DNA of 64,000 bases from a virus: positions 1-64,000 of IMG/VR virus record IMGVR_UViG_3300005613_000045; one strand, written 5' to 3'. This document shows positions 44,781-53,927 of this stretch, piece by piece. The translations under genes were made by a program, and so were the position numbers. The number at the start of each line of letters is the position of its first letter. Position 1 is the stretch's first letter. The notes beneath the pieces were generated by a model. The model was not told the origin of the DNA and ran no database searches. It saw only the letters and a program-made list of their open reading frames with translations.

Positions 44781-47700
44781 TTAATCCTCTTCTACAATAA
44801 GAGAACCCCAACGATAACCACGTTCTGCTTCTACAGGAAAAGGAATCGTATCACCATAAAGTTCTGCCGCTGTGCCTTCCATACACTTGCTAAGTTCGTG
44901 TACTGCGTCCTCTGCATCTTCTTCAGGAACACAGGCTGTGATACTATCATGGACTGTCATGCGCACTGAGAGACCTAGTTTATCTAAGGCGATGATAGAC
45001 GCAAGTGTAGCATCACTAGCAGAGCTTTGGGGAATCATATTGATTGCCTGTCTGAAAATTTCTGATACTCGATAGCGATCATTCTTTACATAAACAAGCT
45101 CAGGAAATCTTCTCTTTCTACCAAGCAGAGATTCAACATACCCTTGTTCGAGTACAAGCTGCTTTACTTTCTCGTTATATTCTACCACCTTGGGCATTTT
45201 TGAAAAGAAAGCTGAAGCAATCTTGTGGACAATTTCAGGATCTACACCATGTGTACCGTCACGCTGTAGTTTATCCTCAGATGCTCCATAAAGCAAAGCA
45301 AAGTTAAAAGTTTTTGCAGAAGAGCGATTGGCTTTTGTATAGTCATCTCCCCAACCATCTCGTGCAGTTTCTCCGTGCAAGTCTCGTCCTTCTCGATAGC
45401 AATTAATCAGATAAGGATCTTGAGATAGTAGAGCAATTGTTCTATATTCGATTTGACTATTACAAGTAAATACACCGCAACTTAAAGCAAAATTATGTTG
45501 ATCATCTACAGTAATAGCTCGCATAGGTTGTAGACCCACAGGTTGAATATCTATAATTACATGATTTTTACCGCCCCTTCGTGCTGTGTCATAACATTCT
45601 CTAGAACAATATTTTTTAGTATTTCCTTTTGTAACATAACACTCTTTACCACAGATGGGACAAACTACGAAAGTTCCAGAACGTTTTCCGTAATTAGGAT
45701 TATTTTTTCCAACATACGAACGACGATTTTTAATTCCTTCTCTAAGATTGTTTAATCTTAATGTGTGATCTTGTTCAGCGTAATTTTGTTTACCGTGTTC
45801 AGACCAGTGTTTTTTAGCATTCACATATGTAAGATTATCTGGCAGATTATTTTGTCTATTTCCGTCTTTATGGTGTACATGCGTATTTTTATTACGTTTT
45901 CCAAACAAAGTTTCAGCTACAAGTATATGTTCTTTTATATAATCAGTTGCATGAGTAGTATATAAATGAACATAACCATTACGAGGATTAACGTACCTAT
46001 TAAAAGGAAGAAGACGATCTCCTATGGTCAGATTTTCTGTTGTTCGTTCTTCGATAGGATGATAGCGCCGACCTTTTCCTGTTTTTATTAACCACTTGTG
46101 ATCTTTAGAAGCAATAATAGATTCTCCATTATCTAACGTTATACGAAAACTCTCTAGCATTCCTACATTTACTTCTTTTGTTACCAAACCTGCGCACACT
46201 TTATGATCATCTACAGAATAAACACGCTCTCCAACATGAATATCTTTTAAAGGTTTGGCTCCTTCAAAAGTTTCTACAAGTGTTTCTGGATGAAGACAAA
46301 AATCGGCCTCTACAAAGACAGATCCTAAATCAGCAATAAACAAATTACGAATATCTGTTTTTGCCTCTTTATTCCTGCTAGGCTGGTTTTGTAGATTTGG
46401 CGTTGAGGATGACAGCCTTCCTGTGACTGTACCCGCAAGGTTAAAGCTTGTGTGTACTCTACCATCAGCAAGCATAGAGTTTTGTAGTCCTGTGACGTAT
46501 CGAGATGAGATAGTATAAGCTTCTCGATAATCCAGTAACATACGCACAAACTCGTGCTGATTTTCTAGCATAGATAGAACAGTCTTTGCATTTGTAGAAC
46601 GTCCATCTATCTCAGGCAAACCTAACTCATCAAAAAGAATATGCGATACTTGTTGTGGTGATCGTGGGTTAAATTCATGACCACAACATTGTTCCATTTG
46701 TTTATAAGCATCAAGAGCTTTTGATTCATACTTTGGAATAAGCGTTTGAAGAAGTTGCTGATCTAATAAAATACCCTTCGCTTCAGCATTAGAAAGCGCC
46801 AACACTCCAGGCATAAGAAGATTCTTATATATCCAAACCAACTTCTCTTGTGGTTTAAGCATCTTGTGCAGTTCCCACGTCATTACTCGCTGCCAATAAC
46901 CGTCATTTGCTGTATAAGTATGTAGCATTTGTGTAGGCATAGCAGAGTAATCAACATCTTTTCCTGTAAAAAACTCTTTCACAGGAGTATCCCAATCAGG
47001 AGCGCGAAACATAGCAGCACAAATTTCTTTAGCTCCATGCGTACCTTGTCGCTCATCAAGCAAGTAATGAGCAAGAAGCGTATCATACTTGAAATCAAGC
47101 GTAACACCCAATTGCAGACGAATAAAGTTGCGATCAAACTTTACGTTATGCCCAGACCAAGCTACTTGTGGACTTGCTTTTTTCAAAGCTTCTGCAAAAC
47201 CCTGTGAATAGATCACATGTTCTGGAATGAGATAAACTAACTCATCTTCACTTGGAGCCATTACAAGCAGAATAATTTTACCTGATACAGGATCAAGAGA
47301 ATTTGTTTCAATATCCAGAACACAGAAAGAATTTTGTTGTGCCTTACGCAATACCATATCATAATCTTCTGTGAGCACATACTTAACTTCTTCAGGATTC
47401 GGAGGACGCACATCAAAAATATCTGGATTCAGAATAGCATGTACATATTTTAGATCAGCCGTAATATCTGCAAGCAAACGATTGTTTTTCATAACAGCGC
47501 CTGGATGCACAGTAGGAATAACCTCTACTCGATAACTATCTCCATCTTTTACAGGGATGTCGATAGTTTTTCTGATGCCTCTGCGCTTAGTGATTCCAGG
47601 ACCCTTACCCAGCAGATTTTTTGTAGCCAGATTACCTAGCGTAAGCACAAGCTTTGGTTTAAGGGAAGCAATTTCATCCAGCAATCTGTCTTTACATAAT

Positions 47701-47999
47701 CCTGCTGCTTCTTCTTTTTGTTTTTCATCCTGACCAAAACACAAACAAGTATTGGTGAACCAATAGGAAGACAGATCTTCTAGGTGCAGAGTATCCCGCA
47801 GAATTTTAAAGCTATCAGCAGAGAATATTTTTCGATTGACAACCTCCTGTGTTGTTGGTCCTTCTCCAACGATCACAAGATCTGCGTGCTGCTGATTGTC
47901 TAGCTTACCCTGACCTCTAAGACCGATACGATTTTTAAAGGGACAATTTTCACAAGCTGCGAGAGGGTGTTTACGACTACTCATTTTGAATCTCTTCAA
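44781..47999 (-). CDS. Family A DNA polymerase with an N-terminal family-4 UDG-like domain, a 3'-5' exonuclease, and an intein in motif A
   Basis: UDG4-like: Cys cluster CENCP...CLC...C, GEGPT and HPGAV. Exonuclease I: VLDIETNSLD. Polymerase: NLQNQP; motif A split as VFVEADF|...|SQIEYRTIALLS; motif B RSSAKTFNFALLYG; motif C VHDSI. Confidence 0.9.
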   Translation of the reverse strand: MKRFKMSSRKHPLAACENCPFKNRIGLRGQGKLDNQQHADLVIVGEGPTTQEVVNRKIFSADSFKILRDTLHLEDLSSYWFTNTCLCFGQDEKQKEEAAGLCKDRLLDEIASLKPKLVLTLGNLATKNLLGKGPGITKRRGIRKTIDIPVKDGDSYRVEVIPTVHPGAVMKNNRLLADITADLKYVHAILNPDIFDVRPPNPEEVKYVLTEDYDMVLRKAQQNSFCVLDIETNSLDPVSGKIILLVMAPSEDELVYLIPEHVIYSQGFAEALKKASPQVAWSGHNVKFDRNFIRLQLGVTLDFKYDTLLAHYLLDERQGTHGAKEICAAMFRAPDWDTPVKEFFTGKDVDYSAMPTQMLHTYTANDGYWQRVMTWELHKMLKPQEKLVWIYKNLLMPGVLALSNAEAKGILLDQQLLQTLIPKYESKALDAYKQMEQCCGHEFNPRSPQQVSHILFDELGLPEIDGRSTNAKTVLSMLENQHEFVRMLLDYREAYTISSRYVTGLQNSMLADGRVHTSFNLAGTVTGRLSSSTPNLQNQPSRNKEAKTDIRNLFIADLGSVFVEADFCLHPETLVETFEGAKPLKDIHVGERVYSVDDHKVCAGLVTKEVNVGMLESFRITLDNGESIIASKDHKWLIKTGKGRRYHPIEERTTENLTIGDRLLPFNRYVNPRNGYVHLYTTHATDYIKEHILVAETLFGKRNKNTHVHHKDGNRQNNLPDNLTYVNAKKHWSEHGKQNYAEQDHTLRLNNLREGIKNRRSYVGKNNPNYGKRSGTFVVCPICGKECYVTKGNTKKYCSRECYDTARRGGKNHVIIDIQPVGLQPMRAITVDDQHNFALSCGVFTCNSQIEYRTIALLSQDPYLINCYREGRDLHGETARDGWGDDYTKANRSSAKTFNFALLYGASEDKLQRDGTHGVDPEIVHKIASAFFSKMPKVVEYNEKVKQLVLEQGYVESLLGRKRRFPELVYVKNDRYRVSEIFRQAINMIPQSSASDATLASIIALDKLGLSVRMTVHDSITACVPEEDAEDAVHELSKCMEGTAAELYGDTIPFPVEAERGYRWGSLIVEED
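45459..46298 (-). mobile_element. Intein (280 aa) with an HNH endonuclease domain, inserted in Pol A motif A
   Basis: Begins with Cys (CLHPETLV, block A-like) and has a block-B-like SKDHKWL. HNH motif is HVHHKDGNRQNN...H with a zinc ribbon CPICG...C..C. Ends ...VFTCN and is followed by Ser. The flanks reconstitute ADFSQIEYR, like ADYSQIELR. Confidence 0.75.
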
Positions 48000-48228
48000 G
48001 TGCTACTCTAAGATCTCGATTTTCTAGTTCTGCTTGACATAAATACTGCCATAGATCTATAAGTTCTTCTTTAGCGTCCTGGAAAACATTTCTACCGTTG
48101 TGTGTTTCTAGTGTAGTACCATATGTTTCGATGCCTCTACGTTCTGCATCATCAAGCATTCGATTAAACTCTTTACGAGCATAAGGTGTAACTCTGTCTT
48201 TTCCTGGTGTGGGATTTTCTTGTGGCAT
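47977..48228 (-). CDS. Hypothetical protein
   Basis: 83-aa ORF. Confidence 0.5.
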   Translation of the reverse strand: MPQENPTPGKDRVTPYARKEFNRMLDDAERRGIETYGTTLETHNGRNVFQDAKEELIDLWQYLCQAELENRDLRVALEEIQNE

Positions 48229-48240
48229 AGGAAGGCCCTC

Positions 48241-50793
48241 CTAATATAAAGATTTCACAGTAGCTACTGGTGTATTTATTTCTGCTCCCTTGAGTGTGAT
48301 ACCATACTTTGATACAAGTGTTTCATTCGTTAAGAAGTTAGGCACATTCAGACCAGCTTTAAAAGCGTTCTGCAATCTGATACCATACATCTGTAACTTG
48401 TTTCCTGGAGCAGTCTCTAGCAGCGTTAGCGGTACAACATAATTACTGTTATCTCTACTCCTCTCTGATAACTGTGATTGCATTGCTTGAGATTCCAGCA
48501 TTCCTTTTCCTCTGATTCTCCTTTCTCTAGCCCACCATTGATGTGCTGTAGTAAAATGAATCCAAAGAACATTACTATCTTTGGAATAGAAACAAATAAA
48601 AGGTACCTTTGTATTCTGAACATTGGCCACATAAGAGACAACATCTTCTACGAAATCATCCACCATTGTCCTTGACATTCCTGTGGTCAAACGCATGACG
48701 ACGAGATCAACACACTCCGAGAAATCATCCATTGACCATTTGATAGGTGCTACTTCATAAGCTTTAAAATGATCATTCAAAATGCGCATACCACAGGCTG
48801 TTACTGTGATATTATTTCTTACACGATCAGGAAGAGTGGTTGTAAATTCCTTCTGGGTTTTTGCAAATTCTTCTCTATATATTTCTAGAATATCTTCAGG
48901 TGTATATCGTAGAGTGTGCTGAATAAAACGACCAGCGAAAGCAGCAATATCATATTCTACTAATTCTTTATAAGCTCTGTGATGTACAGAACCCTCTCGT
49001 ACATCTTCAGGATGTAGATTGATAATAATAGAACGCTGTTTCAACGCTGGATCTGATAGGGCATCTTCACCATCAACAATCACAGGTGCTTCCAAAAGAT
49101 AAGTTTCTGTAGACTGATCGGCGTGTCCTCGGCTATCCATTCCTGTGTCATAGAGCATACGCAAGAGACCATGAAGATCTGATTTTGCGTCAATGGTTGA
49201 TTCTCGATACTCGCCAAAAGTTACAGGGAGTGCGTTTGTCTGTGAGAGTAGCATACGCAGAACGAATTTCGTGGTGCTGGATGAGTTGGTGTGAGCATCT
49301 GTGATTCCTAACAAACGCATAAGAACGTTATTAATAATAGAAGTTTTGCCTGATCCAAGCGTTCCAAAAATATTCAGGATAGGAAAACGAATTTCAGCCA
49401 AATGAAAAAGCTGCTTGACAGTTGCGGCAGCAAACCATCCCAGCATAGGAATAATCGCAGTTCTTTTATTCGTTAATCCTAAAAGAGGACTCATTGCTTT
49501 GAGCAATGCTTTATAATCGTCATCATCAGGGAACGTATACACAGTAGAAGGTACTGTATCGACACCCTCTCTTCGCCTATTTTTTCTATCAGCATATAGA
49601 TAAGGAGATTCTGAAGCTTCATAAGTGCGTGTAGCATCTATTGTAATTGTTTTAGTTACCCAGAAATTTTTATGTCTACCAACTACATAGGTGCTAACAG
49701 CATCAGTTACTTCGTTCTCTCTACATTTATCCATAAGATAGAGGAGATACTGCTTTGTTTCAAACTCGGAGCCAAGCCATTGCCATTCCATTGCGGTCAT
49801 GTATTTCATAAAACCTGTGAGAGAGGAGAAAGCAGAACGTGGAAGAATAACTCCTTCCCAGGTTTTGTCTTCTGTTTTAATGGTGCCAAGAAAAGCATCC
49901 TCGGCAGAGTCTTGACTACGCAAAAGTTTCTCAGGGATATAATTAAAAGTAGCTACTTGATGCTTACCTTTAGCACCGTCGTAAAAAAGCATACCATTAA
50001 CTTCAGTAAACTTTTGTGAGCTTTCAGCGTAAGAATCTTTTGCTTTAGCTAGATCAATATTTAGTAGACGATAATTATCTTCTCTCCATCGAGCACCAAT
50101 AGGATTTTGATCTGCAATAAGTTTAATTGTTTTATCTGATACACCAGCAGCAATAAGATTTCTAAGAACAAACCAGTCTCGTTCGCTTCTGGTTTTGAAT
50201 CCTACATCACTACCTGTTTTGATTGTCTCTAAACACTGTGAAGATACTCTAACCAGCGCAAGCAAATCATCTGGATCGTATCGTTTAGTAGGATCAGAAA
50301 CTTTGATCTCAACTTTTCTAATATTCCTGGCATCTTTACAATTGTGTGTATCAGGAATGCGAAGAATACGTTCTGGATCATGCACAGCATCAGAACCGAT
50401 GATAGACATGATACCTTTACATATTTTTTGGGAGATCGCTCCATCAACAGAACGTTCTAGCAACCAATAAATATGTAGACCATGACCACTGTTTACAACA
50501 TATGAGGGACGAACAGGAAAAGATTCAACACGATCTAAAAGAGTTTCTTCTGTGACATCGAAATTATTTATCCCATCAATATCAGCATATACACAGGTTA
50601 GTCGTGTGTATGCGTCATAATAATTTCGTTTTCTAGGAGCAACTCCAAAATACAAATCATATTGAAGATTGTTTTGTGCATACTCTCTAACTTCTTTAGG
50701 AGAATCAAAGAGCAATCTTTTTACTGGAGAAGATTTCTGAAAAACATAAATCTGTTCGTCTGGATGAAGACTCTCAAAAATAACATCCAGCAT
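48241..50793 (-). CDS. Primase-polymerase (prim-pol) N-terminal domain fused to a P-loop SF3/D5-like helicase
   Basis: N-terminus: YFGVAPRKR..VYADIDG and SGHGLHIYW. C-terminus: Walker A GTLGSGKTS and Walker B VIVDGED. RBS GGAGGA. Confidence 0.7.
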   Translation of the reverse strand: MLDVIFESLHPDEQIYVFQKSSPVKRLLFDSPKEVREYAQNNLQYDLYFGVAPRKRNYYDAYTRLTCVYADIDGINNFDVTEETLLDRVESFPVRPSYVVNSGHGLHIYWLLERSVDGAISQKICKGIMSIIGSDAVHDPERILRIPDTHNCKDARNIRKVEIKVSDPTKRYDPDDLLALVRVSSQCLETIKTGSDVGFKTRSERDWFVLRNLIAAGVSDKTIKLIADQNPIGARWREDNYRLLNIDLAKAKDSYAESSQKFTEVNGMLFYDGAKGKHQVATFNYIPEKLLRSQDSAEDAFLGTIKTEDKTWEGVILPRSAFSSLTGFMKYMTAMEWQWLGSEFETKQYLLYLMDKCRENEVTDAVSTYVVGRHKNFWVTKTITIDATRTYEASESPYLYADRKNRRREGVDTVPSTVYTFPDDDDYKALLKAMSPLLGLTNKRTAIIPMLGWFAAATVKQLFHLAEIRFPILNIFGTLGSGKTSIINNVLMRLLGITDAHTNSSSTTKFVLRMLLSQTNALPVTFGEYRESTIDAKSDLHGLLRMLYDTGMDSRGHADQSTETYLLEAPVIVDGEDALSDPALKQRSIIINLHPEDVREGSVHHRAYKELVEYDIAAFAGRFIQHTLRYTPEDILEIYREEFAKTQKEFTTTLPDRVRNNITVTACGMRILNDHFKAYEVAPIKWSMDDFSECVDLVVMRLTTGMSRTMVDDFVEDVVSYVANVQNTKVPFICFYSKDSNVLWIHFTTAHQWWARERRIRGKGMLESQAMQSQLSERSRDNSNYVVPLTLLETAPGNKLQMYGIRLQNAFKAGLNVPNFLTNETLVSKYGITLKGAEINTPVATVKSLY

Positions 50794-50821
50794 TAGGTAT
50801 CCTCCAAGGAGAAAGAACAGT

Positions 50822-50850
50822 GGGCATCACACAGATGCCCACTGTATTTT
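50822..50850 (-). terminator. Bidirectional-looking terminator hairpin between the 50864 gene and the primase gene
   Basis: 12-bp stem ACAGTGGGCATC/GATGCCCACTGT with a 5-nt loop; T-rich on both sides. Confidence 0.5.
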
Positions 50851-50863
50851 AATTACAGACTGG

Positions 50864-51319
50864 TTAGAGAAGACCACCACTTGAGGGACGCTGACTAGCT
50901 GAAGCAGCAGGCATGGATTCTCCTGAAGGACCTTCGCACTCGTCTACAGGGCAGGTACGCTTTACGTTTGTAGTAGGCTGACCATTATACATCGAAGGCG
51001 TAAGAACAACACCCACACGACGACCAATCAGATCATCATACTCAAAGCTAAAGTTCGGAGAGATAATGTCCTCTTCAGTATACTCTCCCGTAGCAAGCAG
51101 AAGCAGAGCTACTTGATACTTGGCAGCAGGCAGAACAATATTCTGCCAAGCCTTGCGACCTTCATAGCCTTGATGTACGCAATCATAAGTGACTTTCATC
51201 ATTGGCTTGTTGGTGTTTCTAGTAATAGTATCTTCAATAGATTCGATAGCCATCTCGTAGCTACCAGGAGCAAGCGGTTCGGGACGAAAATCGGAGGAAG
51301 AAAAATTAAACGTAGGCAT
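50864..51319 (-). CDS. Hypothetical protein, possibly ssDNA-binding (positional guess)
   Basis: 151 aa, preceded by a strong RBS and sitting between the recombinase ATPase and the primase. Confidence 0.4.
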   Translation of the reverse strand: MPTFNFSSSDFRPEPLAPGSYEMAIESIEDTITRNTNKPMMKVTYDCVHQGYEGRKAWQNIVLPAAKYQVALLLLATGEYTEEDIISPNFSFEYDDLIGRRVGVVLTPSMYNGQPTTNVKRTCPVDECEGPSGESMPAASASQRPSSGGLL

Positions 51320-51333
51320 TGTGTGTGGTTCCT

Positions 51334-52089
51334 TTACTGAGTTTTAATGTTGTCGAAACGATGTGACCAAGCGTTCCAAATCGCAGCCATAGTTGGATCA
51401 GAAAGCACAGCAGGAAACGATTTGGGAAGACGACTCTTTGCCCTGATCCTAGAAAAGGGCTGGGTTTGTAGTGTTCTTTTAGCTTCTTTAAGTTCTCCTT
51501 CCTTGACAGCTTTAAGATCGGCATCCAAGTATCCGACCAAATCAAAAAGTGGCGGCATCTTTTGTACTAATCGTCCTACCATAGCAGGCTCTCGATACAG
51601 ACCACCACTAATTTCATCCTTCTGTGCGCTCTCGCCGCAGGTGATGATAAGATTCAGTTTACGCTTTTGAATCGTAACACGCAAAAGTTGAAGCATGGTA
51701 TCGCTGACTACACCATAGTCCTGAATCTGGGGCATTCCAGACTCACGACCTTGATTAATAAGGTTCTCTCGCATCAGCAATGTCCACCAAGCAGAAGCAC
51801 TATCAATAATTACTGTTTTATACTTGGTCTCAGGATCTTTCATAATCGAAGACATTTGACGCATATCGTCCAGAGATTCCATTGTCCACAGATCTACCCT
51901 GGACCAGTTGGCCTTCAGCTTGTCACTGATACTACCTACACCATCCTCGAAATCTGCGTAGAATACAGGACACATTTCATCTACCAGCAGTGTAGTTCCT
52001 GCTAGATGTGTTTTACCTACACCTGTACCGCCGTAGATAAAGCACCTAAGCTTTCCTTCTGTGAGTTCCTTTTCAGTTACTTTAGGCAT
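51334..52089 (-). CDS. Sak4-like (AAA_24/RecA-fold) recombination ATPase
   Basis: Walker A YGGTGVGKT, Walker B-like VIIDSA; about 250 aa. Confidence 0.6.
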   Translation of the reverse strand: MPKVTEKELTEGKLRCFIYGGTGVGKTHLAGTTLLVDEMCPVFYADFEDGVGSISDKLKANWSRVDLWTMESLDDMRQMSSIMKDPETKYKTVIIDSASAWWTLLMRENLINQGRESGMPQIQDYGVVSDTMLQLLRVTIQKRKLNLIITCGESAQKDEISGGLYREPAMVGRLVQKMPPLFDLVGYLDADLKAVKEGELKEAKRTLQTQPFSRIRAKSRLPKSFPAVLSDPTMAAIWNAWSHRFDNIKTQ

Positions 52090-53165
52090 TAAGCAATTTC
52101 CCCCCTGTGATGTTTTTCTTTCTCGCAGTACAAAAGTTTATCATAAGTTACTACATCAGGTGTTTGTCCTTGCTCTCGCATAGTTTTACAGATAGGTTTA
52201 AAAGAACACATATTACAGGTCATAGGATGACCAGGACGAGGAATATTATAATGATCACACACAAGCATTTCTTGAGCACAAATGTCTACAAGTGCTGTAG
52301 ACCATTCCAAATGATTTTCTGTAGGTGCGTATGTGATCTGTTTATTATATCGTGAGTCGTTCAAAGTAGCTACAAATTCTAGATAGCTCGGATCGTTATC
52401 CAATCCTCTATCTCGCATAGCTTGCATGTACAAGCCTTGTGTTGTTCTCTGACTTTTATCTTTGGAGAGTGCTCCAGATTTTAAAACTCGTGGAGCCACA
52501 GGAGGAGTAGAAGATAGAATGTTCTGCATAATAGCAGGACGATTTTCGTTATCATCCAGCATTTCTATAAGAGAGCTTGGAATCTCGTCCTCGGTATGAA
52601 ATTCTGTAGTATCTGAACGTAGCATAGCTAGGTAGAAAGGAAGTTGCAGATCGAGAAAGAGACTATCATCATCAGGCATGTGACCATATACTTTATGATC
52701 TACAACATACAACATCTGATCTACTTTTACAAGCGCATCTACACGCCCTTTAATAGTATAACCAGACTTTTTATTACGGTGTTTAAAAGGAACCTCTACT
52801 GCTAATACATCCCAACGAAGTTTAGGAAGTACATCATCAATGAAATAGATTCCAATATCTACACCAGCATAAATAGCGGCGTTTATTGCCTGCAAATCTA
52901 GCTCACCAAACAAAGCTGCTTGTTTCTCTCGTGCTATAATTTCAGGAACCACACTTGTCATCACGAATTCTATGCAAACCTGTAACCTGACAGGAGCCAT
53001 ATTATACATGGCTTGCATAGCTTCTTCAATCATCGCATGAGCAACTTCACCACGAATCATAGACTTGGAGAAAGAACGTGGTCGTAACTTTCTTATATAG
53101 CCAAGATACCATTGAGTAGGACATGTTAGATAAGATTGAATACTTGAAGCAGATACAGAAAGCAT
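52089..53165 (-). CDS. PD-(D/E)xK nuclease of the Cas4/RecB family with an Fe-S cysteine cluster
   Basis: N-terminal Cys (YLTCP) plus C-terminal C-x5-C / CxxC cluster (CDHYNIPRPGHPMTCNMCSFKPIC); nuclease motif GRVDAL...YVVDHKVYG. Confidence 0.6.
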   Translation of the reverse strand: MLSVSASSIQSYLTCPTQWYLGYIRKLRPRSFSKSMIRGEVAHAMIEEAMQAMYNMAPVRLQVCIEFVMTSVVPEIIAREKQAALFGELDLQAINAAIYAGVDIGIYFIDDVLPKLRWDVLAVEVPFKHRNKKSGYTIKGRVDALVKVDQMLYVVDHKVYGHMPDDDSLFLDLQLPFYLAMLRSDTTEFHTEDEIPSSLIEMLDDNENRPAIMQNILSSTPPVAPRVLKSGALSKDKSQRTTQGLYMQAMRDRGLDNDPSYLEFVATLNDSRYNKQITYAPTENHLEWSTALVDICAQEMLVCDHYNIPRPGHPMTCNMCSFKPICKTMREQGQTPDVVTYDKLLYCEKEKHHRGEIA

Positions 53166-53182
53166 TTGGCCCTCCTTTTTAT

Positions 53183-53488
53183 TTAGAGAATGTTTTGCAA
53201 CTGCGAAACAAGCGTGCGCATCAAAGCTGTATTAAGTGTGTAGCGAACATCGCGGCTATCGTAAGTAGTTTTAATCAGCACACCTGCCTCAGAAAGACGC
53301 TTCAACTGTGGCCATGCTCCAAGATGCTTTTCAAGTTGCTCACAGATTTCATAGTGTGTCATGCCCACTTCACCTGCTTCAGAAACCATTTTAATAATTT
53401 CCCAGCGCAGCGGCAAGCCAAGCATTTTAAAAGCGTCGATCAAATTGTATTCAGTTACAGCAGTGTTAGTCATCTCTTGGTTATCCAT
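53183..53488 (-). CDS. Winged-helix transcriptional regulator
   Basis: 101 aa; LRWEIIKMVSEAGEVGMTHYEICEQL fits a wHTH (ArsR/MarR-like) fold. Confidence 0.5.
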   Translation of the reverse strand: MDNQEMTNTAVTEYNLIDAFKMLGLPLRWEIIKMVSEAGEVGMTHYEICEQLEKHLGAWPQLKRLSEAGVLIKTTYDSRDVRYTLNTALMRTLVSQLQNIL

Positions 53489-53492
53489 TGTT

Positions 53493-53927
53493 TTACCTCT
53501 TCATTCCTGTGAAAATTTCATTATACATTTTAGTTCCGCGAACCGCAGTAATACTTTTTCCTGTGAGTTCGTCTCGATAAACAAAGTATGGAGGACCACC
53601 TTCACTGTGATCTTCAAGAGACCATGCCCCAGGTTTAGGATCTTCTTGCAAGATGTTCATACTTTCTTTAAAAGACGCTAAATCTTCTTTACTCCATTGT
53701 GCAAACCCCACTTCCTTTTTTCTTTGTAGATCACTAGCTACTTTATCCTTAGAGCGTTGCAGTGTTTCTTTATAAGGCCTATCAACATAAATTGTTCTAG
53801 GATTATGCTGAATCATTCTTACCATAAGACCACAGGCGGCAAGAATAATCAGGATAAGCATACCAGAATCTTCCATTAAACTACTCTTCCAAACGTTTAG
53901 ATTCTTTATCCAACTCAATAAGATCAC
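53493..53927 (-). CDS. Membrane-anchored hypothetical protein
   Basis: TM segment MLILIILAACGLMV. Confidence 0.45.
   Translation of the reverse strand: MILLSWIKNLNVWKSSLMEDSGMLILIILAACGLMVRMIQHNPRTIYVDRPYKETLQRSKDKVASDLQRKKEVGFAQWSKEDLASFKESMNILQEDPKPGAWSLEDHSEGGPPYFVYRDELTGKSITAVRGTKMYNEIFTGMKR

Noticed and set aside
45459-46298. Alternative intein C-terminal boundary at the canonical-looking HN of DDQHN, 13 residues earlier
   Set aside because: The following residue would be Phe, not Cys/Ser/Thr, and motif A would not be reconstituted. The boundary at ...TCN|S restores ADF-SQIEYR exactly.
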